Made by a program: the position numbers and the translations under genes
Shown here: piece after piece, positions 50,876 to 61,246 of the stretch
Position numbering within the stretch: the stretch's first letter is position 1
How the letters are laid out: every line of letters begins with the position of its first letter
Origin: an uncultured Verrucomicrobiae bacterium
Lineage (GTDB): Bacteria; Verrucomicrobiota; Verrucomicrobiia; Limisphaerales; JAFGQR01
Assembly: GCA_963788655.1 (NCBI GenBank)
Contig: CAWBHS010000065.1
Span: 1-64,000, forward strand
Length of the DNA stretch: 64,000 nt
Reading direction: 5' to 3'
Notes under the pieces: generated by a model
The model's input: only the letters and a program-made list of their open reading frames with translations
The model's database searches: none
Told to the model about the DNA's origin: nothing

Positions 50876-52399
50876 TCACTTGAGGGGAATCCAACACACC
50901 AATCCCCGTAACCGTTCTTCATCGTGCGGTTGGGTGAACAAACTCACGCCCACCGTGACGGCCAGCGATGCTACGAAGGACCACCAGGCCGCCCAAAGAA
51001 ACGGCACCCCGCCCGTGATGCCCAACAGCACTTCGGCCCAATTCAACACGGCGGCCGTGCCGACACCAGCCACCATCCCCACCATTCCCCCGGCGGCGGT
51101 GGTGCGGCGGGTCAGCATGCCCAACAGTAGCAACGCCAGGAGCGGTCCTTGGAAGAAGGTCAGAAACGTTTGAAACGCCTCGAAGACCGAGCTGAATTGA
51201 GTCTTGATCGGGTAGCTCAAGACCGCGCCGCCCAGCAAAAGCAACACAACCAGCCAGCGGCCAGTTTTCAGGCACTGGTGATCGGTGGCTTGGGGATTGA
51301 TGAATGGTCGATAGAGATCGGTGACCAACAGGGTGCTCGCCGAATTGACGTAGGAATCGAGATTGGACAGTACGCCGGCAAGAAACGCCCCAATGACAAT
51401 CCCAAGCACGCCCGTGGGCAGCAGGTGGGCCACCAACATCGGGAGCACGCGATTGCCATCCCAATGCTCGCCGGGCTGGCCCAATTGTTCGTGGAACAAT
51501 GCCAGCCCGATCAGTCCGGGCACCACCAGTAGAACCGGAAAGATCAATTTGATGCCCGCGCAAAACACATACGAGGCCCGGGCTTCGTTTTGACTGCGCG
51601 TTCCCAGGGTGCGTTGCACGATGGCCTGGTTGCCGATCCAATACGCCGGCCCCAGCACGAAGCCCAACCCGAGCAGGACCGCCGGCCAGGGATAGACCGG
51701 ATGATCTGCCGGCGGTAACAAGTCGAAATGGTGTTGGGTCCAATTCAGGCTGCCAATCGTGGCCTTGAGTCCCCCCAAGCCCCCGGCTTTCCAGAGTCCC
51801 AACCCACAGATCAGGGCGGCGCCGATGATCAATACAATGCACGAAAGCACGTCCGTGAACACCACCGCCTTCAAGCCGCCGGTGGTGGTGTAAATGCCCA
51901 CGGCTACCACCGAGACACTCACCGAGAACCAGAACGACCACCCCAGCAACACTTCAAACATGGCCGCGGCACTCACGAAGATCGTTCCCAACGTTGCCGT
52001 CATGAACAACACCCAGATCACGGCGAAGAAGGTGCGCACGCTCAGGTTGTAACGGCGTCCCAAATACTCGGGCACGGTATAGACTCCCGCGATCCAAAAA
52101 TACGGCATGAACAAGAACGCCGCCAGCAGGACCGGGAAAATGCACCCAATGAAATCGTAGTTCATCATCACGATGCCGTGCCGGTAGGCGTCGCCAGCCA
52201 GGCCGACCATGTCCTTGGCGCCGATGTCCGAAACCACCAGTGACATGCCGGCCGCCCACCATGGCAACGATTTGCCGGCCAGGAAGAAATCGCGGCTCGA
52301 TTTAATGCCCCGGCTCAGCCAAAGCCCCAGCCAGACCACCGCCGCGAGATACACCACCACGAGGGCCACATCCAAAGGTGCAAGTCGCAGCGTGTCCAT
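50876..52399 (-). CDS. Sodium:solute symporter (SLC5/SSS) family transporter
   Basis: FFLAGKSLPWW, TVPEYLGRRY, GGLKAVVFTD, NQAIVQR, many TM helices. Confidence 0.93.
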   Translation of the reverse strand: MDTLRLAPLDVALVVVYLAAVVWLGLWLSRGIKSSRDFFLAGKSLPWWAAGMSLVVSDIGAKDMVGLAGDAYRHGIVMMNYDFIGCIFPVLLAAFLFMPYFWIAGVYTVPEYLGRRYNLSVRTFFAVIWVLFMTATLGTIFVSAAAMFEVLLGWSFWFSVSVSVVAVGIYTTTGGLKAVVFTDVLSCIVLIIGAALICGLGLWKAGGLGGLKATIGSLNWTQHHFDLLPPADHPVYPWPAVLLGLGFVLGPAYWIGNQAIVQRTLGTRSQNEARASYVFCAGIKLIFPVLLVVPGLIGLALFHEQLGQPGEHWDGNRVLPMLVAHLLPTGVLGIVIGAFLAGVLSNLDSYVNSASTLLVTDLYRPFINPQATDHQCLKTGRWLVVLLLLGGAVLSYPIKTQFSSVFEAFQTFLTFFQGPLLALLLLGMLTRRTTAAGGMVGMVAGVGTAAVLNWAEVLLGITGGVPFLWAAWWSFVASLAVTVGVSLFTQPHDEERLRGLVCWIPLK

Positions 52400-52585
52400 G
52401 GGATTACCGGGTGCCTGTTTGTTGCCGTCGAATCATGAGAACGGCGGGGAATGTAAAGTGGAACGGGGGTGCAAGGCTATCGGAAAGTTGCATAAGCGGG
52501 AGAGTCCGGTGAACGAAGTGCCCCGCGCCGATTCGGTCCGCGTAGCCAGGCTTGACTTCACGCTGACGGCCCCTAACTTTCGGTT

Positions 52586-52792
52586 ATGCGTAACTTCTTT
52601 GCCGACACTGTGCTCCAAGAAGACGGAAAGCTGAACCTGGACCATTTGCCCTTTCAGGAAGGAGACGCTGTTCGAGTCTTCATCACCGCGACTGAACGTC
52701 CGGTAGAAAATCATCATCTTCGCGGTACCGTGCTCAAGTATGAGCAACCCTTCGACCCTGTTGCGCCAGAGGACTGGATCGCCGTCCAATGA
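52586..52792 (+). CDS. Putative VapB-type antitoxin
   Basis: 68 aa, LPFQEGDAVRV...LRG...PFDPVAPEDW; ATGA overlap with a PIN-like start. Confidence 0.65.
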   Translation: MRNFFADTVLQEDGKLNLDHLPFQEGDAVRVFITATERPVENHHLRGTVLKYEQPFDPVAPEDWIAVQ

Positions 52793-52845
52793 TCGTATTG
52801 GACACTCACCTCTGGATCTGGTGGGTCAACGGCAGTGCCGCACTT
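52789..52845 (+). pseudogene. N-terminal stub of a VapC PIN toxin
   Basis: MIVLDTHLWIWWVNGS is a typical PIN N-terminus; the rest of the domain is absent. Confidence 0.65.
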
Positions 52846-52887
52846 GTGCCTGAAACGGAATTGCGTTCGGCTTTGTCCCTCATACCC

Positions 52888-55849
52888 ATGAATTATCCAA
52901 TTCGTCCAACTTCAAAGGGCCAAACCATTGGTCTGATGGCCGTCCTGTTGTCTCTCTTTTGGCTCACTGTCCCGCCGCCGGCAAACGCGCAAATGGTCAC
53001 GGGCAGTAGCATGACGGATTTTGCCAAGACGTTCGGCATTTCCGCCCAAGGCTGGTCGGTGCAGCAGTTGGAGTGCAACCTCGGGGCCAATGCGCTTTGG
53101 CCCGCGGAAACGGCCACGTTCACGTTCTTCATCAAACCGGGGCAATCGTATCAAGGTCCGCTCAAAGTGGACGTGATTCAGTATGGCACCCGAGGCAAAC
53201 CGGGCGATTGGTGGCAACCCGTCGTGTTCAAAATCGCCGACGTGAGTTCGCTCAGGCTGAACGTGGATTTGCCGGCCAAGGGCGGGCTGGTGACGGTCGG
53301 GCCAAAGATCGGTGATGCCTTTGGCGGATACGCCGTCATCCTCGAGTTGGGCGAACGCGGACGGGCCTTTGGCGCCGCCTGTGTGCGCGTTCCGGCGCCT
53401 GAGCCCAGCCGGGTCTGGCTACCGACATACGCGATGGATTTGGGTTGGCCGCACGAAATGTCGCCGGTGGTCTTCAATGTGTTCAAGCGGCTGGGGGTCA
53501 AAGGCGCCCGCACCGAGGGCGGCTATAACACCATACGCGACGCGCACACCGACTGGGCGATGGCGAATGATCTCACCCTTATGCTCACCGTGGGCTGCGG
53601 CAACACGCCGCGGGAGCAACAACCGCTCGGCCGCGGCCGGCCTTGGTTGCGGGCGAACGGGGAGATGATCGAGGGGGTGAAAGAGGACTTGGCGTGGCTG
53701 CCTTCCTTCGATCCGGAATTCAAACGTTACCTGAAAAATGTGCTCATCGAGCAAGGCTGGCCCAAAGGTCCGATTAACGCCGTCGAGTTGTGGAACGAAC
53801 CGTGGGAAGGCGTCTCCATTTCCGGCTGGGGTGCGGATTGCCTGCGCTACCGGGAAATTTACCAGGTGATGGCCGAGGCGGTCATCGAGGCGCGCCAGGA
53901 AGCGGGCGTTAAGGTGCTCATTGGCGGGGCTTGTTCCTCGGCCAATACGCGCGACAAGTTGTTCTGTGACGGGACGGACAAGTTCCTGCCCTGGCTGGAT
54001 TTCGTCAGCATCCACTACCAGCCGTTGGCCGCCGATCCGGTGCTCGAACCCAAATGGATGCACCGCCAAGGCCCCTACGGACGCGTGAAAGTTTGGGATA
54101 CCGAAAGCTGGGTGGCCAATTCCGATGACCGCGTGGCGGCCGTCATTGCCTCGATGCGCGCCATGGGCCAGGATCGCACGGCGGGCATTTACGCCGGCAA
54201 TGTGTTCACCTCCCAGAAGCCGCGCCTGAATGGCAAGGAATACGCCGTCGCCCAGGTCTGGGCCCCCGGTGCCGCGGTGGCTGCCTGCCAGAAATTCATC
54301 GGTCAGCGGGCGTTCAAGGAAATCCTGTTCAAGAACGGCTTGCCGTGGGTGTTCGTCTTCGATGGCTTGCCCAAGCGAGTCGGCAAAGAACGCACCGGAC
54401 CCGTCGATCCGGACGATGGCACGCTCGTCATCGTGGGCGACCTGGGCGCCAGCTACGACAAAAACCGCACCTTGTTCCGTTCGGTCAACTTGGCGCCGGA
54501 TGCCAAGATGGAACTCGGCGACGGTGGCGGCCAGTTTGTGCTCCATGATTTCTATGCCAATCCGCTGCCGTCCCATGGGGACAAGATCACTGTGCCACTG
54601 AATGGTCTGGGTTACTTCCTTCGCGCGGACGGAAGTCACGGTTCGTTTGCGCGGCTGCTGGCGGCGGTCAACACCGCAACCATCACCGGCATCGATCCCG
54701 TGGAAATCATCGCCCACGATATGACGGCGCCCATTGCCGCCCGGCCCAAACTCAAATTGAAAATCACCAACGTGCTGAACCGGCCCGTGAAGGGCACGTT
54801 GTCGGTTCGCCTCGAAGGGCTCACGGTCGAGCCGGCGGAACAGGCGGTGACCGTGGCCGGTCAGCAGAGCCGGGAAGTGTTCGTCACCGTTACCGGCGGA
54901 ACAGCGGCGGCCGACAACAATTACAAGTTGCTCGCCACGTTTGACGCGGGCCGCGACGGCACCAAGAAACACGCCGAGCTTGATGCATGTGAACTTCGTT
55001 GCCAAACGCACCATCACCGTGGACGGGAAACTGGACGACTGGCAGGGCGTCATCCCACAAACCAGCGCTCAGACCGTCGGTGCGAGCCAAACCGAAAAGG
55101 CCTATCGGCCCTTCCTGAATTGGGACCACCAGGGCGGTGGTGGCGCGGTGACTGCCTGGCTGGCGCACGACGACACGTTCTTCTATTTCGCTGCCAAAGT
55201 CCCGCGCATGGGCGACATGATCCGCTTCGAAACCCGTCGAGACGACGACTATTTCTATCCGGCCAAGGTCATCAGCAAAGGCCAGGAACTCACCTGGCCG
55301 GCGGGAGTGCGGCGGTTTTCATACCGCAAGAATTTCGACATTCCTTCCGGCAACGGCCAACACAACGTCCAGATCGCTTTCAACGTCATTCCGCCGGAGC
55401 AGAAGGCCCATCTCCAATATCCCGTCGGCACGATGCCGCACTTTTGCGCCTACTTCGACACCGACTACGAGTTCGCGTTGAACAAAGTCGGCCGGTCCTA
55501 CGGCGGCGGCACGGAAATCTTCTGTCTCCAACGGCCCGGCATGATGCGCAAACATTTCTTCCCGCGACAGCCGAAGGCGCCCATTGACGGTGGGCCGGTC
55601 AAAGGCGCCGCCAAATTGGTCGTGCAGGACAACTTGGTCGAGTGCGCCATCCCTTGGAGTGAGTTGCCGGAAGTGCAGGCGCGACTCGCGGCGGGACAGA
55701 CCGTGAAGTTCAGCTTCCGCGTGAACGACGGCGGCCAGGCCTTCGAATTGGCTGCCGGTCGGAGTGTGTCCAAAGACAACTGCCTGGCGTTTCACAACGA
55801 TTGGTCCACGCACTGGGCCAACGAAGTGGAGTTTGGCTTTGAGAGGTAA
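52888..55849 (+). CDS. Large secreted putative clan GH-A glycoside hydrolase with C-terminal CBM9-like domain; frameshift near 54980
   Basis: Signal peptide; ELWNEPW (acid/base-like) and VWDTESW (nucleophile-like); SIHYQP; ITVDGKLDDW..DDTFFYFAAKV in ORF 54941..55849. Confidence 0.65.
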
Positions 55850-55877
55850 GCAAGCACGGGGGCAACTCACGCTTTCC

Positions 55878-55947
55878 GGAGCGCGGACATTCCTATCCGC
55901 TTCCCAGTTGCCCGAACGCTCCAAGCGGACAAGAATGTCCGCGCTCC
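55878..55947. repeat. Palindromic REP-like element (GGAG type)
   Basis: GGAGCGCGGACATTCCTATCCGCTT ... AAGCGGACAAGAATGTCCGCGCTCC (23/25 complementary). Confidence 0.8.
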
Positions 55948-56004
55948 AATCGCCCTCGGTGTGGATTCCGCGAGATGCTGGTTCCAAGCTCCCGTGGCAA
56001 ATCA

Positions 56005-56137
56005 GTAGGACAGGCGTCCCGCCTGTCCCGAACGGCAGTAAACCAGGGACTTGGGACGCAGCGCCGCGACATTCTCAGCGTCTCCAAAGGTGAGGACATC
56101 CCTGCGCTATTCGAGACAGGCGTGACGCTTGTCCTAC
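56005..56137. repeat. GTAG-type REP doublet (REPIN-like)
   Basis: GTAGGACAGGCGTCCCGCCTGTC (56005-56027) and inverted GACAGGCGTGACGCTTGTCCTAC (56115-56137). Confidence 0.8.
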
Positions 56138-56219
56138 GTTGCCGAATCGTCTCGTGACGCTTCCACTTGCTGAATCGTTACCCCTTGCGATCGGCGGAGG
56201 GACAGGCTAAGCATGGAGC

Positions 56220-57065
56220 GTGGTTAATGAACGTTATGGTGATGCCTCATTGGTGCTGGTGGGGCATGGTTCCGCGAAGAATGCCGATTCCTGCCGCACT
56301 GTTTATCAACATGCCGCCACCTTGCGCGAACGGCATTTGTTCGCCGAGGTGCGCGAGGCCTTTCTGCGGCAGGAGCCCTCGCTGAAGGATGTATTTGCCA
56401 CCGTCACTGCCGCGCGGGTGTTCGTGGTGCCGTTGTTCATCAGCGAAGGCTATTTCACCGAACAGTTCATTCCTCGGGAATTGCGGTTGCGCGCCGAAGG
56501 CGAATCGGATTTTGCCCGGCGCCAGCATCGCGGTTCCCAAACGATCTTTTATTGCAGTCCCATCGGCACGCATCCCAGTATGACCGGCGTGTTGCTCGAA
56601 CGCGCCCGCGAAATCGTGGCGCAACATCCGTTTCCCCACGCCCCCCTGCCGCACGAGATTGCCTTGTTCATCGCCGGCCATGGGACGCCTAAAGACCGCA
56701 ACTCGCGGCAAGCCATTGACCGGCAGGTGGAAGATATTCGCCGTCTCAAACTCTACGCGGAAGTCCACGCGGTGTTCCTGGAAGAGTCACCGCGCATTGC
56801 CGACTGCTATCAGTTGACCGCGGCCCGCAACTTCGTGCTGGTGCCGTTCTTCATCAGCGACGGTTTGCATGTGCGGGAAGACATTCCGGTCTTGTTGGGC
56901 GAACCGGAGCAACTCGTCCGGCAACGACTCGAGCAAGGACAGGCTTCGTGGCGCAATCCCACCGAACGCCATGGCAAACGCGTTTGGTACAGCGCGAGCG
57001 TCGGCAGTGAACCCCGTATCGCGGACGTCATCCTGGAGCGCGTGCGCGAAGCCCAGGAAGAATGA
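56220..57065 (+). CDS. CbiX/SirB-like sirohydrochlorin chelatase (two-domain)
   Basis: LVGHGS, VVPLFISEGYF, IAGHGT, VPFFISDGLHVREDIP. Confidence 0.8.
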   Translation: MVNERYGDASLVLVGHGSAKNADSCRTVYQHAATLRERHLFAEVREAFLRQEPSLKDVFATVTAARVFVVPLFISEGYFTEQFIPRELRLRAEGESDFARRQHRGSQTIFYCSPIGTHPSMTGVLLERAREIVAQHPFPHAPLPHEIALFIAGHGTPKDRNSRQAIDRQVEDIRRLKLYAEVHAVFLEESPRIADCYQLTAARNFVLVPFFISDGLHVREDIPVLLGEPEQLVRQRLEQGQASWRNPTERHGKRVWYSASVGSEPRIADVILERVREAQEE

Positions 57066-57202
57066 CCAAGGACCAATGAACCAATGACCAGAGAATGATC
57101 AAGAGCCAATGACCAACTTGCTACCGACGGGCTGCTCGAAGTGGACTTGGATCTTGGGCCTTGGACATTCTCTGGTGCTTGGTCCTTGGTTCCTTGGTCA
57201 TT
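57061..57202. repeat. Inverted heptamer-repeat element between convergent cbiX and recQ
   Basis: AATGACCAAGGACCAATGAACCAATGACCAGAGAATG... inverted to ...CATTCTCTGGTGCTTGGTCCTTGGTTCCTTGGTCATT. Confidence 0.75.
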
Positions 57203-59360
57203 GCGGTTTCGCGGCTCGATAAATACGCAGCAGTCCAAAATCCACTTTCCCGCCGAGTAGTTCGTGCGCGCCAGTTAAATTGCCGGGGCCGCACTTGGCG
57301 AAGGCCGCGGCTATTTGTTGTTGCTCGTCGTCCGTGAAAATGCGTCCCAAATCCACGGCTTCCCCGGCTTGAATCGCGGTGGCCAAATGGCCGCAAACGG
57401 TGCTGGTCACCAGCATTCGATGGCTCGCAATTTCCTCGATGGACTCCCCGGCCCGGAACCGCCGTAGCGTTTCGAACGTCGTATCGTTCAAGCTGGACCG
57501 GGCGGGAGCGGCGGCTGCAAACGAATCATCGGCAAACATCTGCCGCGGATAGGTGCGCAGGTGACCGGCGATTTCGGCCTCGAATTGGGCGCCGAACTCC
57601 TGGAGTTTGCGTTCCCCAACCCCACTGATCCGGCGGAACTCGCGTTCGTTCGCAGGATAGTACCGCGCCATTTGTCGAAGGGACACGTCGGAGAAAATGA
57701 TGTACGGCGGCACCCCGCGTTCGTCGGCCAATTGTTTACGCAGCGTGCGCAACCGCTCGAACAACACCTCGTCGCACGCAATCTCGCCGGCCCGACCGAT
57801 CTTCGGCTCGGGCAGCTTCATCGGGCGGGTCAGTTGGATGGGGGTCCGTTGACGCAGCACTTGCAACCCCTCGGCAGTCAACTCGAGCACGTTAAACTTT
57901 TCCGGCAGTTGCCGCACATAGCCCAACCGCATTAACTCGCGTCCAATCACCGCCCATTCGGGCCGGCTGTGTTCCTTGCCGATGCCGTAGGTGGACAATT
58001 CGGCGTGATGAAATTTGCGAATCTTTTCCGTGTCGGCGCCGGTCAGCACTTCGATGACGTGGTTCAAACCCACGCCAAAACCGCTGCGCTCCCGAATGCG
58101 ATAGATGCACGACAACAGTTTCTGCGCGGCCAGCGTGCCGTCGTACGTTTCACGTGGCGACAGGCAGTTATCGCAGCCGCCGCAATTCTCCTCGGTGTGC
58201 TCCTCGCCGAAATAGTGCAGCATCGTCACCCGCCGGCACTCGCTGCTTTCGGCGTAATGGACCATTTGCTCCAATTGCTCGTAAGCAATCTGGCGCTCCT
58301 TCGGATTGGGTTTTTCCTCGATGAACTGTTTTTGCTTCACCACGTCGCCGGCGCTGAATAGCAACAGACATTCGCTGGGCAAACCATCCCGACCCGCCCG
58401 CCCGGTTTCCTGGTAATAGCCCTCGAGGTTCTTGGGTAAGTCGTAATGGACCACGAAACGCACGTTCGGCTTGTTGATCCCCATGCCGAACGCGATCGTC
58501 GCGCACACCACGCGCACTTCGTCGCGCAGAAAGAGATCCTGGCTGTTCGAGCGATCTTTGTTGCCCATTCCCGCGTGGTAGGACGCGGCCTTCACCCCGT
58601 CCGCATTGAGCCGCGCCGCCAGGCGTTCGGCAGACTTGCGCGCCTGACAATACACAATCCCACCGTCGCGTGGTCGGGCGTGCAGGAAGTCGAGCAACTG
58701 CTCGTAAGCCCGCGACTTGGGAATGACCCGATACGTGAGATTGGGCCGGTTGAAGCTGGCGACGTAGCAACGCGGCTCGCGCAAGTGCAGTTGCTGGACA
58801 ATGTCTCCGCGCACCCGTTCGGTGGCGGTGGCGGTCAAAGCCATCAACGGTACCGGCGGAAACAACTCGCGCAGTTTGGACAACTGGCGATATTCCGGCC
58901 GGAAATCGTGTCCCCACTCGCTGATGCAGTGGGCTTCGTCGATGGCCAGCAAGTTGACCTTCCACTGCTTGAGCGCGTCCAGCGTGCCATCCAGCATCAA
59001 CCGCTCAGGCGCTAAATACAGCATCCGGTAATCCCCCTGATACAGTCCCCGGAACCGCTGCCGCGACTCGCCGGCGGCCAGGGACGAATTGAGGAACGTG
59101 GCCGGCACGCCGCTGGCCTGCATGGCATCGACCTGGTCTTTCATCAAGGCAATCAGCGGCGAGACGACCACCGTCAACCCGTCTCGCACCATCGCGGGCA
59201 GTTGGAAGCACAGCGATTTACCACCGCCCGTTGGCAGCAGGGCAAACACATCCTGGCCTCCGAGGGCATCGCGGATGATTTCCTCCTGCAACGGGCGAAA
59301 GGAAGTGAAGCCGAAGTATTGCTTCAGCAGCGGCATCAAATCAATGGTAGCGGGCTTCAT
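57198..59360 (-). CDS. recQ: DNA helicase RecQ (RQC, HRDC and C-terminal HTH)
   Basis: PTGGGKSLC, IDEAHCISEWGHDFRP, ATIAFGMGI, QETGRAGRDG, CRR..CGGCDNC, VPPYIIFSD. Confidence 0.97.
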   Translation of the reverse strand: MKPATIDLMPLLKQYFGFTSFRPLQEEIIRDALGGQDVFALLPTGGGKSLCFQLPAMVRDGLTVVVSPLIALMKDQVDAMQASGVPATFLNSSLAAGESRQRFRGLYQGDYRMLYLAPERLMLDGTLDALKQWKVNLLAIDEAHCISEWGHDFRPEYRQLSKLRELFPPVPLMALTATATERVRGDIVQQLHLREPRCYVASFNRPNLTYRVIPKSRAYEQLLDFLHARPRDGGIVYCQARKSAERLAARLNADGVKAASYHAGMGNKDRSNSQDLFLRDEVRVVCATIAFGMGINKPNVRFVVHYDLPKNLEGYYQETGRAGRDGLPSECLLLFSAGDVVKQKQFIEEKPNPKERQIAYEQLEQMVHYAESSECRRVTMLHYFGEEHTEENCGGCDNCLSPRETYDGTLAAQKLLSCIYRIRERSGFGVGLNHVIEVLTGADTEKIRKFHHAELSTYGIGKEHSRPEWAVIGRELMRLGYVRQLPEKFNVLELTAEGLQVLRQRTPIQLTRPMKLPEPKIGRAGEIACDEVLFERLRTLRKQLADERGVPPYIIFSDVSLRQMARYYPANEREFRRISGVGERKLQEFGAQFEAEIAGHLRTYPRQMFADDSFAAAAPARSSLNDTTFETLRRFRAGESIEEIASHRMLVTSTVCGHLATAIQAGEAVDLGRIFTDDEQQQIAAAFAKCGPGNLTGAHELLGGKVDFGLLRIYRAAKPQ

Positions 59361-59512
59361 AACCAGGCAATTGAAACAACCGGATTTTCGCTAAAAATGC
59401 GCTCGGCTCAAGCCGTTTGTTTGCGTGGCGGGAACGCGCCGGCGAAAGTCGAAGAGGCAGGGGTTGCCATTCTGCTTGCCGATCGTTCGTGTCGGGCCAA
59501 TCATTCTCCCCC

Positions 59513-60277
59513 ATGAAAACAATCCTGACCGCCGTTGCCGGCCTGTGTTGCTGCTGTGCTCCTTTGTTCGCCGCGCAAGGGCTCATCGTGGCCGACGAAA
59601 TTCCCGCCATGCAATATTTGGCCGATCAAATTAGCGCCGAAGAAAACATCGCCACCACGGTCGTTACGCAGGACAAGCTGCCGGCAGACTTGGCGAAGTA
59701 TTCGGCGGTGATCGTTTATATCCACCGCGACCTGAATGCGCCGGCGGAAAAGGCCCTCATCGATTACACGCAGCAGGGCGGCAAGCTCATCGCGCTGCAC
59801 CATTCGATCAGCTCCGGCAAACGCAAAAACAAACAGTGGTTCTCGTTCCTCGGCGTGCAACTGCCGACCGGCGATGTTAGCCAGGGCGGCTACAAATGGA
59901 TCGAACCGGTCACCTTGCAGGTGGTCAATCTGGCGCCCAAGCATTTCATCACGAGTCATCAGTTGGAATACCCAGGCCGGATCGCCTACACGCCCTCGGA
60001 CGTAGGCGGTAGCGAAACGTCCCGCCCCGGTTTCACGCTGCCCGAGTCGGAGGTGTATCTCAACCACACCTACACCGAACCGCGCACCATCCTCCTCGGC
60101 TTCAAATACACCGACGCGAAGTCCGGGAAGGTGTACATGCAGGACCGCGCCGGCTGGATCAAACCGGCGGGCAAGGGTTGGATCATTTACTTCCTGCCGG
60201 GGCACAGTCTGCGCGACTTCAAGAATCCCGCTTATGCCCGGCTGGTGTTGAACGCCGTGATTTATCAACCCCATTGA
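59513..60277 (+). CDS. Secreted ThuA-like (class I glutamine amidotransferase-like) domain protein
   Basis: Signal-like N-terminus, GGKLIALHH, HFIT, EVY, GKGWIIYFLPGH. Confidence 0.7.
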   Translation: MKTILTAVAGLCCCCAPLFAAQGLIVADEIPAMQYLADQISAEENIATTVVTQDKLPADLAKYSAVIVYIHRDLNAPAEKALIDYTQQGGKLIALHHSISSGKRKNKQWFSFLGVQLPTGDVSQGGYKWIEPVTLQVVNLAPKHFITSHQLEYPGRIAYTPSDVGGSETSRPGFTLPESEVYLNHTYTEPRTILLGFKYTDAKSGKVYMQDRAGWIKPAGKGWIIYFLPGHSLRDFKNPAYARLVLNAVIYQPH

Positions 60278-60302
60278 CTCGCCACCGGTCCGAACAATTC
60301 GG

Positions 60303-61229
60303 CTACCGGTGGCGCCGGAGAAACTGCTCGATTTCCTGGCGAAGGGGGGCGGAAGGTTGTGCGCCCATCCGGGTGACCGACAACGCTCCCGCGGCGTTGG
60401 CAAAACGCACCGCTTCGGCTAGCTCCCGACCTTCGGCCAGGGCAACTGCCAAAGCGCCGTTAAAAACGTCACCGGCGGCAGTGGTATCCACGGCCTTCAC
60501 TTTGAATCCGCGTACAAACGTACGGGCTTCGCGAGTGGCAATCAACGCGCCGCGGGCGCCCAGAGTCACGATGACCACTTCGATGCCTTTAGCCAGCAAC
60601 GCTTCGGCAGCCCGCGTGGCCGAAGCATTGTTGCGCACCTTGATCCCGGTCAGCAATTCGGCTTCGCTTTCATTGGGCGTCAGGATGGACACCCGCCGCA
60701 AAAGTTTGTCCGGCAACCTCCGGGCCGGTGCCGGATTCAGAATAACGCGCACGCTGTGTTCCCGCGCCAGTTCGACTGCGGCCTGTACCGTTGGCAGCGG
60801 CGTTTCCAGTTGCACCACCAGCACCCGGGCGTGAGCAAAGGCTTGCTTTGCTTTCTGCACGTCCGCCGGGGAAAGCCGACGGTTCGCTCCGGAGGCCACG
60901 GCGATGCTGTTCTCCCCGTCGCGGGCGACAAAGATTAGCGCCACACCAGAGGGACAGGTCTGGTCGCGATAGACGTGGTCCACGTGAATCCTGTCCCGCT
61001 GAAAACCCGCCACTGCCTGATCACCGAACATGTCCTGGCCGACGCGCGCTATGAACGTCACGTCGCCGCCAGCCCGCGCGGCGCCGACGGCCTGATTGGC
61101 CCCTTTGCCGCCCGGCGCGGTCACCAACTCACCCCCGAGAATCGTTTCGCCGGGCCGGGGAATGCGCGCCAGTTTGATGATCATGTCCGTGTTGGAACTG
61201 CCCACCACAATGATGCTTGGTTTTGCCAT
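60303..61229 (-). CDS. rbsK: Ribokinase
   Basis: VGSSNTD, GGKGANQAV, NPAPA, PNESE, DTTAAGDVFNG (PfkB signatures). Confidence 0.95.
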   Translation of the reverse strand: MAKPSIIVVGSSNTDMIIKLARIPRPGETILGGELVTAPGGKGANQAVGAARAGGDVTFIARVGQDMFGDQAVAGFQRDRIHVDHVYRDQTCPSGVALIFVARDGENSIAVASGANRRLSPADVQKAKQAFAHARVLVVQLETPLPTVQAAVELAREHSVRVILNPAPARRLPDKLLRRVSILTPNESEAELLTGIKVRNNASATRAAEALLAKGIEVVIVTLGARGALIATREARTFVRGFKVKAVDTTAAGDVFNGALAVALAEGRELAEAVRFANAAGALSVTRMGAQPSAPLRQEIEQFLRRHR

Positions 61230-61246
61230 GGATTGCTCTTTTGCCT

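Noticed and set aside
53419..55053. 544-aa minus-strand ORF
   Set aside because: Antisense shadow of the secreted hydrolase.
52789..55587. Genuine PIN-glycoside hydrolase fusion protein (932 aa)
   Set aside because: Only about 19 PIN residues are present, a signal peptide follows ATG 52888, and the ORF tail after about 54980 is out of frame.
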